A stretch of 63,730 nucleotides of DNA, counting the filler, from Collodictyon triciliatum (taxonomy: Eukaryota), in NCBI GenBank assembly GCA_043381765.1. It is 7 parts of 7 records of this genome, joined end to end, with 100 filler letters (N's around TTAATTAATTAA, not from the genome) between each part and the next. Parts side by side here need not be neighbours in the genome. Positions count along the whole stretch, not along the records: positions 1 to 21,222 come from JBHJMP010002569.1; positions 21,323 to 32,094 come from JBHJMP010002570.1; 5 more parts are not named here. One strand, 5' to 3'. Of the stretch, positions 12,040 to 24,114 are shown one piece after another (within the stretch, counting starts at the first letter, position 1; each line of letters opens with the position of its first letter). A program made the translations under genes and the position numbers. The notes below the pieces were generated by a model, which was not told where the DNA came from, did no database searches, and saw nothing but the letters and a program-made list of their open reading frames with translations.

Positions 12040-13060
12040 TTTTTTTGTTTGATGTCCTCCTAGATTTATTTCTCTGGTTTTATTTCCTTGTTAAAAATAG
12101 TTGGGTGCTAATGGCGCAGCCCAAGTAAAAATCAATCTGGTATGTAATAAAATGGGAGGTGTCCATGTTTTATTGAGTATTTCTTTTTAAAAGTATAAAG
12201 GTCGGCCTTACTTTTCATGGACAAGGATGCTGGGAAATAACATGGCGTTTGGAATTGAGTCATGTCGAAGATACCATCTTGGTATATGATTTTTGTAATA
12301 AAACCCCCTTACCTCCTTGAATTTTAATCATTCCTACTACATACCTCCTTTACTGTATTATTTATAGCCAATTTTTTATGATCTCATGCCTTACTCTTAA
12401 CATCATATTTTTATTAGGCTCTCTGGAGTATGCCTACTTCATCAGTCGTCCAGGAATTTCAGAGACAACATTCACATATAGTGGTTCACAAGGGATTGGT
12501 GTCACGCACATGCATCTTTTCACAAATCATCTTCGTGCGGCCGGTACCATCAAGCTTAAAGTTAGTGTAGCGTATCATGTATAAATGAAAGAAACATACC
12601 AATAGAACACTCACTAAATATCTGGCATGAAGCCTTTCACTTCCATGTATTTTCATCGTTTAATCAAATTTGCCAATATATTAAAACATTATTTATGGCA
12701 TACTTTTGGTGAGATTGTTAAGAGAAAAATTAATCAAAGTATTAATGCTACTGGTAGCGCACTGACATCAAGGAACTAAGTGCGGGCCTTGCGTTGAATG
12801 TAAATAATCTTGGGCCGCTTCACATGGTCCGCTTATGCGTCACAAAGGATGGAATCAGTGCGCTTAATCTGAGAGGGATTCTGAATTATTTTTACTTTAG
12901 CTTTACCTTAGGATATGATAATATTCGCCAAACTGGAATTACCTCAGTCGAGCTCCGTTCTCTCAATATACCTGCCGAAAACTCTGAAAGCTACTCAACT
13001 GCCTACTTTTCACTGTATGGCACCAAAGTTCGGCAAGAAGATCTGAAACCCACGGCTTAG
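11287..13060 (+). CDS. Multi-exon hypothetical protein with an N-terminal hydrophobic anchor
   Basis: Coding-like blocks flanked by GT/AG at about 11290-11660, 11780-11925, 12190-12280, 12418-12560 and 12911-13060. No family recognised and exon phases were not fully resolved. Confidence 0.4.
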
Positions 13061-13519
13061 AGTTTATAAAAGTCTTTGCATCCGATATTTATATCGCACT
13101 CCTCCTCCCTCTGAATATGTAACAGAAGAAAATCATGATACCGAATACGAATAAATGCAGCTATCGAGTTACATATCAACTAGCAGGCAATTATGAAATG
13201 AAGATAATCATTATATCCTGGATTGAAAGAAAAAAATAATATCAAAGGGCCAGGATGAAATCATTGTTTCTACTATCAAATTATTATTCTGTCGTTTTTA
13301 AAATATTTGAGATGACGATTTTTTATGAGTTGATGGGGAGAATGAGACGCAATTATTAGATCTTTTTGGCATTCTGTCGGATGTATTTATGTATTATTTT
13401 TTCTTGCGAAAGGTTTTCTTTTTTAATAAGAAAAATCACAAGATGAAGGTATCTTTAGAAAAAAAGAAAAAGAAAGGTGATGAATGTCATCTTCTCATAT
13501 ACTGTTCAAACCGAAACTG

Positions 13520-14770
13520 TTATGAAGACGCTTGGCTATCATCGGGTGCCTCTTCAGCATCCTGCATCAACAATGAGAATTTTTTGTTCATCTCCTCCAG
13601 CTGAAGTAAAAGCTCATCCCGCTTGGCAATCAACCGCCTTTCTTCTTCACTGTCATAATCACCCTCCTCTATGTCTTCGCCGTCCTCGCCATCTTCACCG
13701 TCAACATCTTCGTATTCACCCTCGAAATCCTGGTCCTCATCATCGTCCTCATCAAAGTAGTCCTCATCATCTTCCTCATCATCTCCTTCTTCATCACCTT
13801 CAAGAACCCTTTTCGATAACTCAGTCAGCCCGAGCTTGGATTGCAACTGCAAAAGAGACTCCGATGTATGGGTGGGACCTGAAGAGGAAAGGGCACGCTT
13901 TTCGCTCTGCAGAATAAGCTGTTGTTTTGTTGCTTCCAGTATGTGTACTTCCTCCAACCTTTCACATTCATCCTGCAACTCGGCGAGCTCATTTTCCAAC
14001 TGCTGCCGTAGTCTTTGAACCTCCTGTGCACTGCTTTGCATTTCTGCAGCCCGCTTTCGAAGCGATTCTGTGAGCATTTGAATTTCAAGAAGCTCTTCTT
14101 CTTCCTCTTCTTCTCCTTCTTCTTGCTCTTCCTCTTGATCCACATCATCTCTGTTGCCTTCTTTACTAGTAGTAGTTCCCTCAACTTTAGAGGCAACAGC
14201 ATTCAACTCATTCGATTGGCCGATTGCTTTACCTTCCTTTGCCTCGGAGTTATGGAAATCTGCTCCATATTGTAAGACGGATGACTCCTTTTCTGCAAGT
14301 GGAGCGCTCTCACGAGACTGAATGGCATCACTCAGGGATGACGAAAGCAACGCCTTCTCAAGAGACAGATTCTTTCCTTTTCCAGGACTTTCTTCTTCAC
14401 CCGATCCTTCGTCTCCTTCTCCTTCTTCTCCTTCTTCTCCTTCTCCTTCCCCTTCCCCTTCTCCTCCTTCTTCGGCATAATTCTCGCGCAGGATTTCCAT
14501 CCTCTCGTACTCGTCACGGAGGCGGTAGAGCTCTTGTAGTTGCTGGAGCTGCAGATACTGCAATTGAAGAAGCGTCCGCTTCTGCTCTAATTGTTTGAGC
14601 TGCAAAAGCATCAGAGTTTGTTCTTGTTCCTGCTGATTCAGAGTCTCTTGCAGTTGCTGCGTTTCGCCTTCGCCTTCGCCTGGCAAAACATCTGTGCTTG
14701 CTGCTTGCAATAGTTCGCTCGACTGCTGAAGGGACAGATCGCGCGCTTCCCCAGAGTCAGACTCTGACAT
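13520..14770 (-). CDS. Highly acidic Glu/Gln-rich coiled-coil protein of unknown function (416 aa)
   Basis: Uninterrupted 1.25-kb ORF with heptad-like segments and long E/D tracts. Confidence 0.75.
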   Translation of the reverse strand: MSESDSGEARDLSLQQSSELLQAASTDVLPGEGEGETQQLQETLNQQEQEQTLMLLQLKQLEQKRTLLQLQYLQLQQLQELYRLRDEYERMEILRENYAEEGGEGEGEGEGEEGEEGEGDEGSGEEESPGKGKNLSLEKALLSSSLSDAIQSRESAPLAEKESSVLQYGADFHNSEAKEGKAIGQSNELNAVASKVEGTTTSKEGNRDDVDQEEEQEEGEEEEEEELLEIQMLTESLRKRAAEMQSSAQEVQRLRQQLENELAELQDECERLEEVHILEATKQQLILQSEKRALSSSGPTHTSESLLQLQSKLGLTELSKRVLEGDEEGDDEEDDEDYFDEDDDEDQDFEGEYEDVDGEDGEDGEDIEEGDYDSEEERRLIAKRDELLLQLEEMNKKFSLLMQDAEEAPDDSQASS

Positions 14771-15105
14771 GGCCAGTATTCCCTACGCATTCGTTAATCT
14801 TGGCAATGCATTCATCTTTTCCTCAACACTGCCAGCTACTTTGTATCGCTCCGTGGACTCATCACACAAGCCCTTGATCGCGGAAGGCAGCTTTTTTTTA
14901 ATGATTTTTGGACTATCAGCTATGTGCTTGGACAAATGTGGAGTTTATAAAATTGCTCTCTGTAAAGTGTCCAGCAACCGCTTTGAATCGAATAAAGGAA
15001 AAAAAAAGTGTCCACCAACCGCGCAAGTGGGCTGTGGGCGAAGAGCTCCGTGGGGTTTGAGGCAGGGAGAGACACTTTTATTTTGCAAAAGGGCGTGCAC
15101 AACTC

Positions 15106-16243
15106 TTAGGCCTTGACGTAGAACTTGACGCGGGGGTTGTTGTACTTCTTCTTGAAGGTCTTGACGGTGATGCGCTTCTTCTCAGAGGGGGAGAGGCGGC
15201 GGCGGAGAGCGCGGGTCTTCTTGGGGCGGAGATCCTTGGGGATGAATTTCTTCTTGGCGTAGAACTTGCGAAGCTGGGCCTTGCGGGTCTGGTTGACAAC
15301 TGTGTTCACGCGGGCGATCGACTTGCGGACAACATTGCTATGGAGGAGAAAGCATTTGAGTACAGGTTTGCGAAGGCTTGGGAAGAGCGTTAGACAAGCA
15401 GCCAGGAGTACTGCCAACAAATTTGGCGTTGGGTCATGTCAGGCTATGTGGCGGACAGATCTCTCCATAGGGTCTCAGCTGACGCAGCCATAGATTGAAT
15501 TCAAGGTAGTTTAACATTCCGACAGGCAGCTATTCTCATTTGCTGGCCATATTATAAGGGACGCTAGTGTTCGACATTGGTAGATTGGCTGTGAACGTTG
15601 TCGGCTTTCTTAACAGCGTACCCGAGTAATAGTGTAACCTTTGAATAGCTCCAAATGCTCCAAATGCTCCAAATACAGATATCATGTCCCATAGCCATAC
15701 GAGTCAACCAAGACCACTAAGTATTGGGCTAGAGAGAGCAAGCGAGTACGCACAAAAATGAAAGGAGCTGCTGAAGAGTCTGGACTGGTAAATGGGAGGA
15801 AACTTACATCTTGGAAAGCTTGCTGGCATTGCCACCAGAGACTTGGGCAACACGCAGGCTGCTGAGTTCTTTCTTCAGCTCATTCAACTTGGCGGAGAGT
15901 TCCTCGGGCTTCTTGCCCTTAAGCTCGCTGACTTTGGTCTTGGTTGAGGCAGAGGCTATATTTTGCTCCATTTTTTAGAACATGATAAAAAAAAATAGGG
16001 CGATGAATGTTTTCTGAGGTTTCAGAAGTATTGTCTGTCTGGCGGTAGTTCTGTGAGTTCGAATATTGTGATCGTATTGATCGAAAGGAATAGTACGGCA
16101 GAATAAGAAGTCAAGTTGTATAGGGCAAGAGAGTAACAGTGTGGCTCGAACCCGACAAAGCTAAAAGTGCCAGTAGGGTGGAATAGAAGGTACTAGACTC
16201 TGGTCGCGATAAATGCGTGCAATTTAATCAGATTCTTACCCAT
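15106..16243 (-). CDS. RPL35: 60S ribosomal protein L35 (uL29); exons 16243-16240, 15955-15808 and 15337-15106
   Basis: Spliced product [64 protein letters not shown]...[16 protein letters not shown]...VKA*. Both donors are GTAAG and phases are consistent. Confidence 0.97.
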
Positions 16244-17175
16244 TGCAAGTATTGTCCGTGGGGTTTAGAGTCGAGGCTTTGTCTGGTTCGTGGTGTCGAT
16301 ACCAACGGATCTCGATGCGGCAACTAATTCGAGGGAAAGAGAAATTCTGGTTTTCCATTGTCTGATACCGGGCCAATGAATATGTTCCTATTCATTTTCA
16401 TTTCTGGAATTTATTTTAAAGGCTGCATTATTCCGAAAATTGTGTCTGGTGTGTGAAATGAAGTTGTTTTTCGATACATATTATATATCAATATATATTA
16501 TCTGACACACATTCTGCTGCCGCTGTTATATTGCCGAGACGATGGGTCACCAGAGCAAGCGAAGTCGCGTCTTGCAATCTGCAGCTTAATACACGATGGC
16601 TTTCTTTTGAGTTCCATTAGAGACAAAGGGCCACAGAGAATCCCAAAAAAGAAATCACAGCTACTCACACAAAAGCGACCATTCCCACAGGAAAGGTTAC
16701 CGCGAGGAGGAGCATGGCAGTCGGAAGGAAAAGCACGGCAAAGACAAGAGCAGCCAAGACAAAGAATAAATTGGAACGAACTTTGCACCGACGGATAGTA
16801 GTCCCACATGACTCGAAGACAATAGAGATAAAAACTTATAATGGTGTACGAATTTATTTTTTTAAGAAAAAGTGGACACCTTTCTATTATTATGAAATTG
16901 TTAGTTAAAGATATCCCTTCTCGCAATTGAATTCTATTTGACTTACGCTATCGGGATGCAACCCACGATACTTTTCATTCAACCGTTATTCTTGTTTGAC
17001 TTTCTGGGTTAGCTAATCTATTCCACAGGCATGATATTTGAAATTTTCTCTGGCGGAGTTGAATCAAAAGTGATTTATTATCTCAATCGTTTTTCTTTCT
17101 TCTTCTTTATTTCTGCATGACAGCTTGGTCATGTGTAGTTTTTAGGGTTCTCAGTCTCCTCTAAAAAGTATTTAC

Positions 17176-18985
17176 ATGGGTCGTAACTAAGAAAAGAGCC
17201 TGAATCCTCGATCAAAGCGAAACTTCTTCGCATGTCGTCCTCCGCATCCATCATACGGTTTTCTGCAGCAAAGGAAATGAAAACAACTCAAATAGAAGAT
17301 CTTGAGCCTTTAAGACTTTATTGATGACTAATATTTTTATTCAACAAAAAAAACTCGTGAATGAATTATATAGGATAATAAAGATGAATAATTGGATTTT
17401 ATACCTATATCCACACCAAAAATTTCCACTTGACCAACGCATACATAGTATACTAAAGGAGGCGTCGATGAAAATGGGTTTAATGTCGGAATGGGTTTAT
17501 CGAACTGCCAAATATTCGAAAAGGAAAAGGAAAGAGAAAAATAATAGAAAAGAAAAGAAAACATGTGCATATTTTTTTGAGAAAATTGTTGACTAACGCC
17601 GGTCTTCAAATTGCATCTGGCGTCTCCCCAACAAGCGTATCGCGAGATAAGAGCCTATCCCAAGCGAAGAAGGTAAAGTAAACCGTTGAATTGCTAGATA
17701 TAAATTCATAAATAATTTTTAAAGTTGTCTTCAAAAGTTGCGAATATTTATTTGTTTATTTTTTGGTCCAACGAGGGAAAGTAATTCAAAATCAAAGAAG
17801 GTCATAGCGCCAACTTCTTTTATTTCTTTTCAACACATCATTGGTTTTCTTACCATGACAGGCGTAAACTTTTTCCGGATAAGTCCAGGTTTCGAAATGA
17901 TGGGGATCATTAGAAACAGAGAACTGTATTTTCTGACAGGGGTACACAGGGTATCTAAAATATTTTAAATGTGATGAAAAGCACTCTATGAGAAGACAGC
18001 TTCGATCAAAACTTCCTTGAAGTGGATTCACGAAATAAAGTATGATTAGACATGGGAATATGACTTTATATAAATAAACCCATATTGATAGGTGGCTCGA
18101 TAGAAACTAATCCCCACTACTGTCGGGATACAGTATGGAGATAATAATCGATACACCAAAGTCTCATCGGATGCACCGATGGATGGATTTATGTTGCCAG
18201 TGCTGCTCCAGAAATCAGTATTCCTACAGAATTATTATATGTTTAAAATTTAATAATACATTTCGCCTAAATTAGATGATATACTGACTAAACAATAAAA
18301 TAAATCAGGATTTGTGTTTGCTCACGTAAACAACGTGTTCCCCACGTTCTGAGACTCATGGTCGGTGGTACTAGCGCTTACTGCTTCCTTCGCAATTCTC
18401 TTTCCAACAAAATCCTTTAACAATTCTATTATCACCAGCACTACTTGGTCAGTTAAGGTTCCAGGAGAAAAAATACGATCCGATATAAATACACCGAAAA
18501 TGTTAGCATAAAAGAAATACTGAAATCATTTGATATGAATGCGATGAAAGTCACATAATTTTAATAATGAAGTATGACATGTATTAAGAAAAGTAAAGCA
18601 AAATTGTGAGGGTTATATCAAAAATAAAACTCGACAATTCAGGATAGTTTCACTTAAAATACAAGTTCATATTGTATTGATATAGTTCTTACGAGAGAAA
18701 GTCTAATAAGGTAAAACTAAAGAAAAATGAATTACATATAAAAATAAAGCATAAAACACACAAAATCCAAACAAAAAAACATCAAACAAACAAGTAAAAG
18801 GGAAAGTAGAAGGAAAACTAATAGAGAGGGAAATAATATGAGCACCAAGAATACCGGTGGCTGATTCGGGGCAGAGTCACATACGCAGGCGGGTGTTCTT
18901 TACCTGGCGGCTGCTCCTCGGGCGTGAAGGTCATCCCAAACTCCGCAGCCAGATATTGGCGGATTTGTGCGATAGTAAAGTTCAT
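17176..18985 (-). CDS. Homologue of the conserved C-terminal domain of plant At4g00755-type F-box proteins; 3' end uncertain
   Basis: Spliced motifs in family order: AVSASTTDHESQNVGNTL, FWSSTG, ETLVYRL...C, FYRATYQYGYPVY, WTY, FTLPSSLGIGSYLAIRLLGRRQ, LYYVCVGQVEIFG. Confidence 0.65.
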
Positions 18986-19481
18986 TTTGGATGCAGAGAT
19001 GAAAGCGTGACTCTGGTTGAGACATAATTAGTGGAACTCAAAAGCGAAAAGTTTTTAAGACGCTGAAAGCCAGGAAAGTGGAGATCCAAGCAATGCTACG
19101 TTCTGACCTGATCTACACAAGAGTGACGTGCAGATATGAGCACGGGGTATTATCTTCTGTGATTATGAATTTGATGGGGGTTGTTGGGCGGTCGCCTTGT
19201 CTCTGATCCCACAGCCTGAAAGTCCACATGTACAAAATACCCTATGCATATCAGGCCAGCCACCCTCATTGCATCCTCCCAACAGCTACTGATATATGTC
19301 TCCCGTGGCTCGTACAATACATATTACAACTCCTGATGAGCTGGGACAAAGGCACATGGAGACAGGTGGCTCCAGTCGCGGATAGCAATCGTGAGCCATT
19401 TGATTCTATAGCACCGGGTATTCTGTTTCCATCGGTAATTTTATTTTATTCCTGAGTTCATGTAATTGGAGCACGCTCACT

Positions 19482-20957
19482 TTATAAAATCGGATTGGCC
19501 AGGTTGTCTGTAGTATAAAGAAGATATAAGGAGATATCGGGTGAAGTGGGGAATATATGGCTTGATTGGCTGATTCAATTCAATCCACTCGAATTGATAG
19601 TATTTGTCTTACATTGAATTGCTTTGGTTCGGATCATGAAAGGTCAGAAAAGTTTTCAATATTACAGCGAAAATACACAAATAAATCGTACATATTTTTG
19701 CTCCTTCCGAGTAGTCTTTCTGAGGGTCTCGCTCAGACTCTGGAGGAAACATTTTTCGCTTGTCTTGGTAGTAACCTTCGCGATGGTCTCCGTCAGATGC
19801 GCTATTGTACCTAGATATAGAAGAGGCGTAATTATCTCGAATGGAAATAAAGAACTCCACAGACATATGGGCCCATATATTTAAATAGTCAGGGCCTCGA
19901 AGTTGCGTATGTTTCTTAAGATATGAATATCACGGCAAAAAAAAAAGATTGACTAACGTAAGGTAGTAAGTGCGGCGCGGACCAGAGCTGAGATTTGGAC
20001 CGCTTCGGTGGGGCAAGAATGATGAAAAGAAGACGACATCGCCTATCTTTGTGACGATTGGGCCCCATTTACCTTGTTTGTCCCATTCTTCGACAAGGGC
20101 AGGCTCCAGTTCTCCTCCTGGATGAGGAAAAAGGGTACCTTCCCAGTCTCCAGGAACGGCCTCTAAACATCCGTTTTCTGGGTTTGCAGCATCCACAGCT
20201 ATCATCACCGACAAGTGGTTTTTTTGTTTGAAGGTCACAAAGGCCGGCGCATCTTGATGGGGCTTGAATCCTATCCCACGGGAATAATATAGATTGACGA
20301 ATACTTTATAAGATGGCTCCATTAGTATTCCTAGTTTGAGCATCAATTGGCGTTTGTATTGCATCATGTAAAAACTATACAAACCGGAGCCTTTGGGAAG
20401 CTTAAAATTGATTTTATCCTTGTAGAGAACAGCTTGTTCATCGAAAAGTTGCGAGGAAGCTGCTGTCACTTTTTTCTCAAGCAAATGGCATAAGCCTTCA
20501 TGAAAAGGCACAAAGTTTTCGATGCGGCAAAGCTGTCGGTTCCCATCGGTGGAGAGCTCATAGTATTTCATATATGTTCCTATTAAAATGAAACCATGAG
20601 AATAGGAACGACGTGGATGTGCCTAACAAATTTGGTCGAAAAATAAAGTGGTTTGTTTTGCATATCGTGATACTAATGCTTTTTGTATTTATTGATTAAC
20701 CAGCTCATTATTATCTAAGCAAGAGATATATTTACATGAACCCGAAAAATATTTCCGACTTTAAGAGAGAAAAAAGAAAATTAAAGACCTGATGACTCGG
20801 GCCAGCCTTGCAAATCCTCTGTGTACTTGATTAATGATTGCTTCTCTTCCTCCGACAAAAGATCGCTGACATGAAGGAATCCTGTTTCGCGGTAGGTTTT
20901 TATTTGCTCCGGGCTCAGTGGTCCTTCGATGTTTGTGGATGAGGAGGCTTGCGACAT
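19482..20957 (-). CDS. phnY: Fe(II)/2-oxoglutarate dioxygenase of the PhyH family, PhnY*-like (2-aminoethylphosphonate dioxygenase); 5 exons
   Basis: Spliced product contains MKYYE, LCRIENF, EQAVLYKDKINFK, GFKPHQDAPAF (HxD), NGCL, GDVVFFSSFLPHRSGPN (distal His), RRTYYLTYN, DKRKMFPPESER..KDYS and a terminal YNLANPIL*. Confidence 0.8.
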
Positions 20958-21222
20958 TCTACACAAACATAACTGTTTAGAAACACTCGCCCTTTTGTTT
21001 TTTTTAAAAAAAAGGTTCTTTTATCCTGGCCCCTCGGGCTCTCTCAAGGTCGATTGTAGCCGAAGCCTTTGCCTCGACCTCGGATGATGGTATATGTAGG
21101 AAAAAGACACTAAAATATATATATTTGTATTTTTTATGTTTTTTTTTTTTTTTTTTTGGAATACAATTTTTTTTTTTTTTTTTTTTGTTTGGTTGGTTAT
21201 GAGCCTAAAAGCTTCGATTCGG

Positions 21223-21322
21223 NNNNNNNNNNNNNNNNNNNNNNNNNNNNNNNNNNNNNNNNNNNNTTAATTAATTAANNNNNNNNNNNNNNNNNNNNNN
21301 NNNNNNNNNNNNNNNNNNNNNN
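21223..21322. other. Artificial contig linker (44 N + TTAATTAATTAA + 44 N)
   Basis: The identical 100-nt structure, with stops in all six frames, recurs six times in the window. Confidence 0.97.
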
Positions 21323-21873
21323 TGATGTGGCCCGTTTGCAGCCTGTTGCTGTCTTTTGGTAGCCTTGCTCGACGAGAGCTGCTTCGGGTGCAGTGTCCCA
21401 GGAAAAAGAGGCAAGAAAGAAACACGAAAGAGCACACAGGGTAGGTCGGCAAAAATAAGCGTGTGACCGCTTCCTCGCATGCTCAGCTTGCTCATCTCAT
21501 CTCATTTTTTTTTAATCGCCTTGACTATGGGTATGTTGATTATACACCCAGGAGATAGATAGTAACGACGCAGCAAGTACACACGAAACATGGATAGAAA
21601 AATCACACATGATGCACCTTGATGTGTTACATGTGCCCATTGTTGAGTAGTGGTTGTTTGGATATGTTTCGTGTGTGCTTGTGTCATTAGTGTTTATTAA
21701 AGCCAGACGGAAGAAAGTAAACGCGGAAATAATGATAAAGACAAAGTAACAAAATTGTTCAGCAAAAAGGAGAACGTATGTATAGTAAAGTTTGCTTTTG
21801 AGAGAATTTGGTGGAGGAAAAGAAAAAATTAGGTGGATGGCGATAACAAAGAAAAGTATATGTTGTGATAATT

Positions 21874-22294
21874 CTAGAAGAACGGGTACATATCTGGACG
21901 ATTAATGATTTTTTTTTAAAAAAATATTAAAATTGATTCCATGATGTGGTTTGGCCAAAAGGTGTTTACATCATATTTGGCGATCAATGAATAAAAGTAT
22001 CAATTAACTCACTAGGCTGGGCGTTGACTGGCGAAGTGGTTTGCTTCAAGTTGACAAACCGTGGTGCACGGCGGGCATCATCTCTAAAATCAATTACAAT
22101 CACAGATATATTGTCGTTTGAACCACGGAGGTAAGCATAATCTCTCAAAACCACCGCCGATTTCTATGGAAGAAGAGCATATTTTTAGAAAGGCTGATGT
22201 GCTTTGCATACAATTAAATTCGTGTCATTTGAATACGTGACACATGAGGTATGTTAGGACGTTTTTTTAATGGACACAAGAATGCGGATGATAG

Positions 22295-22371
<77 letters not shown>

Positions 22372-24062
22372 AGATATATAGATAGGCTACATTTGGGTCT
22401 CCAAAACGAATGACTATCTCGCACGCCTCTTCGTCTGAAATCACATCCCACAGACCATCAGAAGCTGCATGTGTAAAGGAAAATAAAGTTGGCTAAGCGG
22501 AGCTTTTGTTTATGTATGTTAGGTATTTTGGTGTTGTGCATCCTCGATTCTCTAAACAAATAAAATCAAACAATATTTACACTACATAAAATGCTAAAAT
22601 TCGTGTAGAGTATGAAAACTGCTATATTTGTGAATAACTACAGAAACAGACCGAGAATGATAAACGTATCCAACGAGATGGTTCCTATATCTACCAGGTA
22701 AGGAGTGCAATCGAGAAATGGGTCGAGTGTAAAGTCACCAAACGCTCGTGATACTAATTTGACAGAGAATATAGCATTGAAATCAATCGTTATCTGTGAT
22801 TATTGATGCGATAGAATAGTTCAAAAAATACTTAAGTCTAAAATATTGTTACTGGAACTATTCCTATTTTTCAAAAAAAAAAACCTGCGAGTTGGCCATT
22901 TAAGTATTGGTCATCACCAACAAAGCCTATTGCATAGTTAAAATTAGGGTTCATAAGAGGCAGCATTATATCAAACGCAATAGGACTCAAAAATCTTATG
23001 GCGACATTATGGTGCGTTACTCCACCTCCTGCTCTTCTAATTCTTTGCATTTCATCGGGTAGGTGTGGTTTATGTTCAACTAAATATAAACATTGCGCAT
23101 TTTTTTAATTAAATAGAGTGGCAACAAATGACCATAATATTTCGAGCGTAATCCAAGTGATTAATTACGTGAGACTCTGCTTACAACACCGTCTTTGTAC
23201 ATAATTGACCGGGAGTCACCAATATTAGCCATTATGGCAGACACCTAACCGATCGAGAAGAGATTTAATTAGGCGGGCTTCGGGGTTAAGTTCGAAAATC
23301 ATTTCAAATTACTCATGGGTTGGTATATAGGGCGCGATTTAGGTTATTATTTATGAGGACTATTCAAAAATTAATGGAAGCGGTATCACATTCAGAAACC
23401 ATTACATGCCGTGCATTTGGATTGGAGGGAACAGTCGACCCACGAATGCTCACAAAACAAATTGATGCCGTACTTCCGGAAATGGAGTCGTATATTGCTC
23501 TGTTTTTTCTCATCGTATCATTAAATTCAACGAAGGATCTCTGTAAAATTGTTGACATTTCAGAGGAATAGGCACGAAGAAAGAAAAAGCGGTGCTTGTG
23601 CAGAGTTAACAATTTTTTTTTTGTTTTTATATAAAAAGAGGAAAAAGAAATGACAAAAATATTTTTTGAAAGAGATAAATCATATGATGTTACGCTGCGA
23701 AAGAGATAGTATGAGCTCAAACAAAGTAGCAATTCATATACTGCGTACCGTCACTACTTCCTTCATCAGTTGGGCATTTACATCAGGGTATTGTTTTAGG
23801 TATCTCAATATGTGGTTGTGTAGATTGTCCGAAGCATACTGGGCGACCGTTCGTCCTCCGTGGCCATCAAAAACTGCGAAGTAACTCATTTGGTTTCCGG
23901 ATGGGAAGATATGCAAACCATGTTTAAGAGAAACTGCGTCTTCATTATATGGCCTTCGACCGATTGTCTACGCAATCAAGTATCATATTTCGGAGTGAGT
24001 ATGTTTATTAACTTAGTAATAACATATTAGGGGTGAAGGTGAAACATAAGAAAAGGTAACTA

Positions 24063-24114
<52 letters not shown>

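Noticed and set aside
16141-16200. Pol III B-box-like GGTTCGAGCC in RPL35 intron 1, suggesting a tRNA
   Set aside because: No cloverleaf, acceptor stem or correctly spaced A box could be formed.
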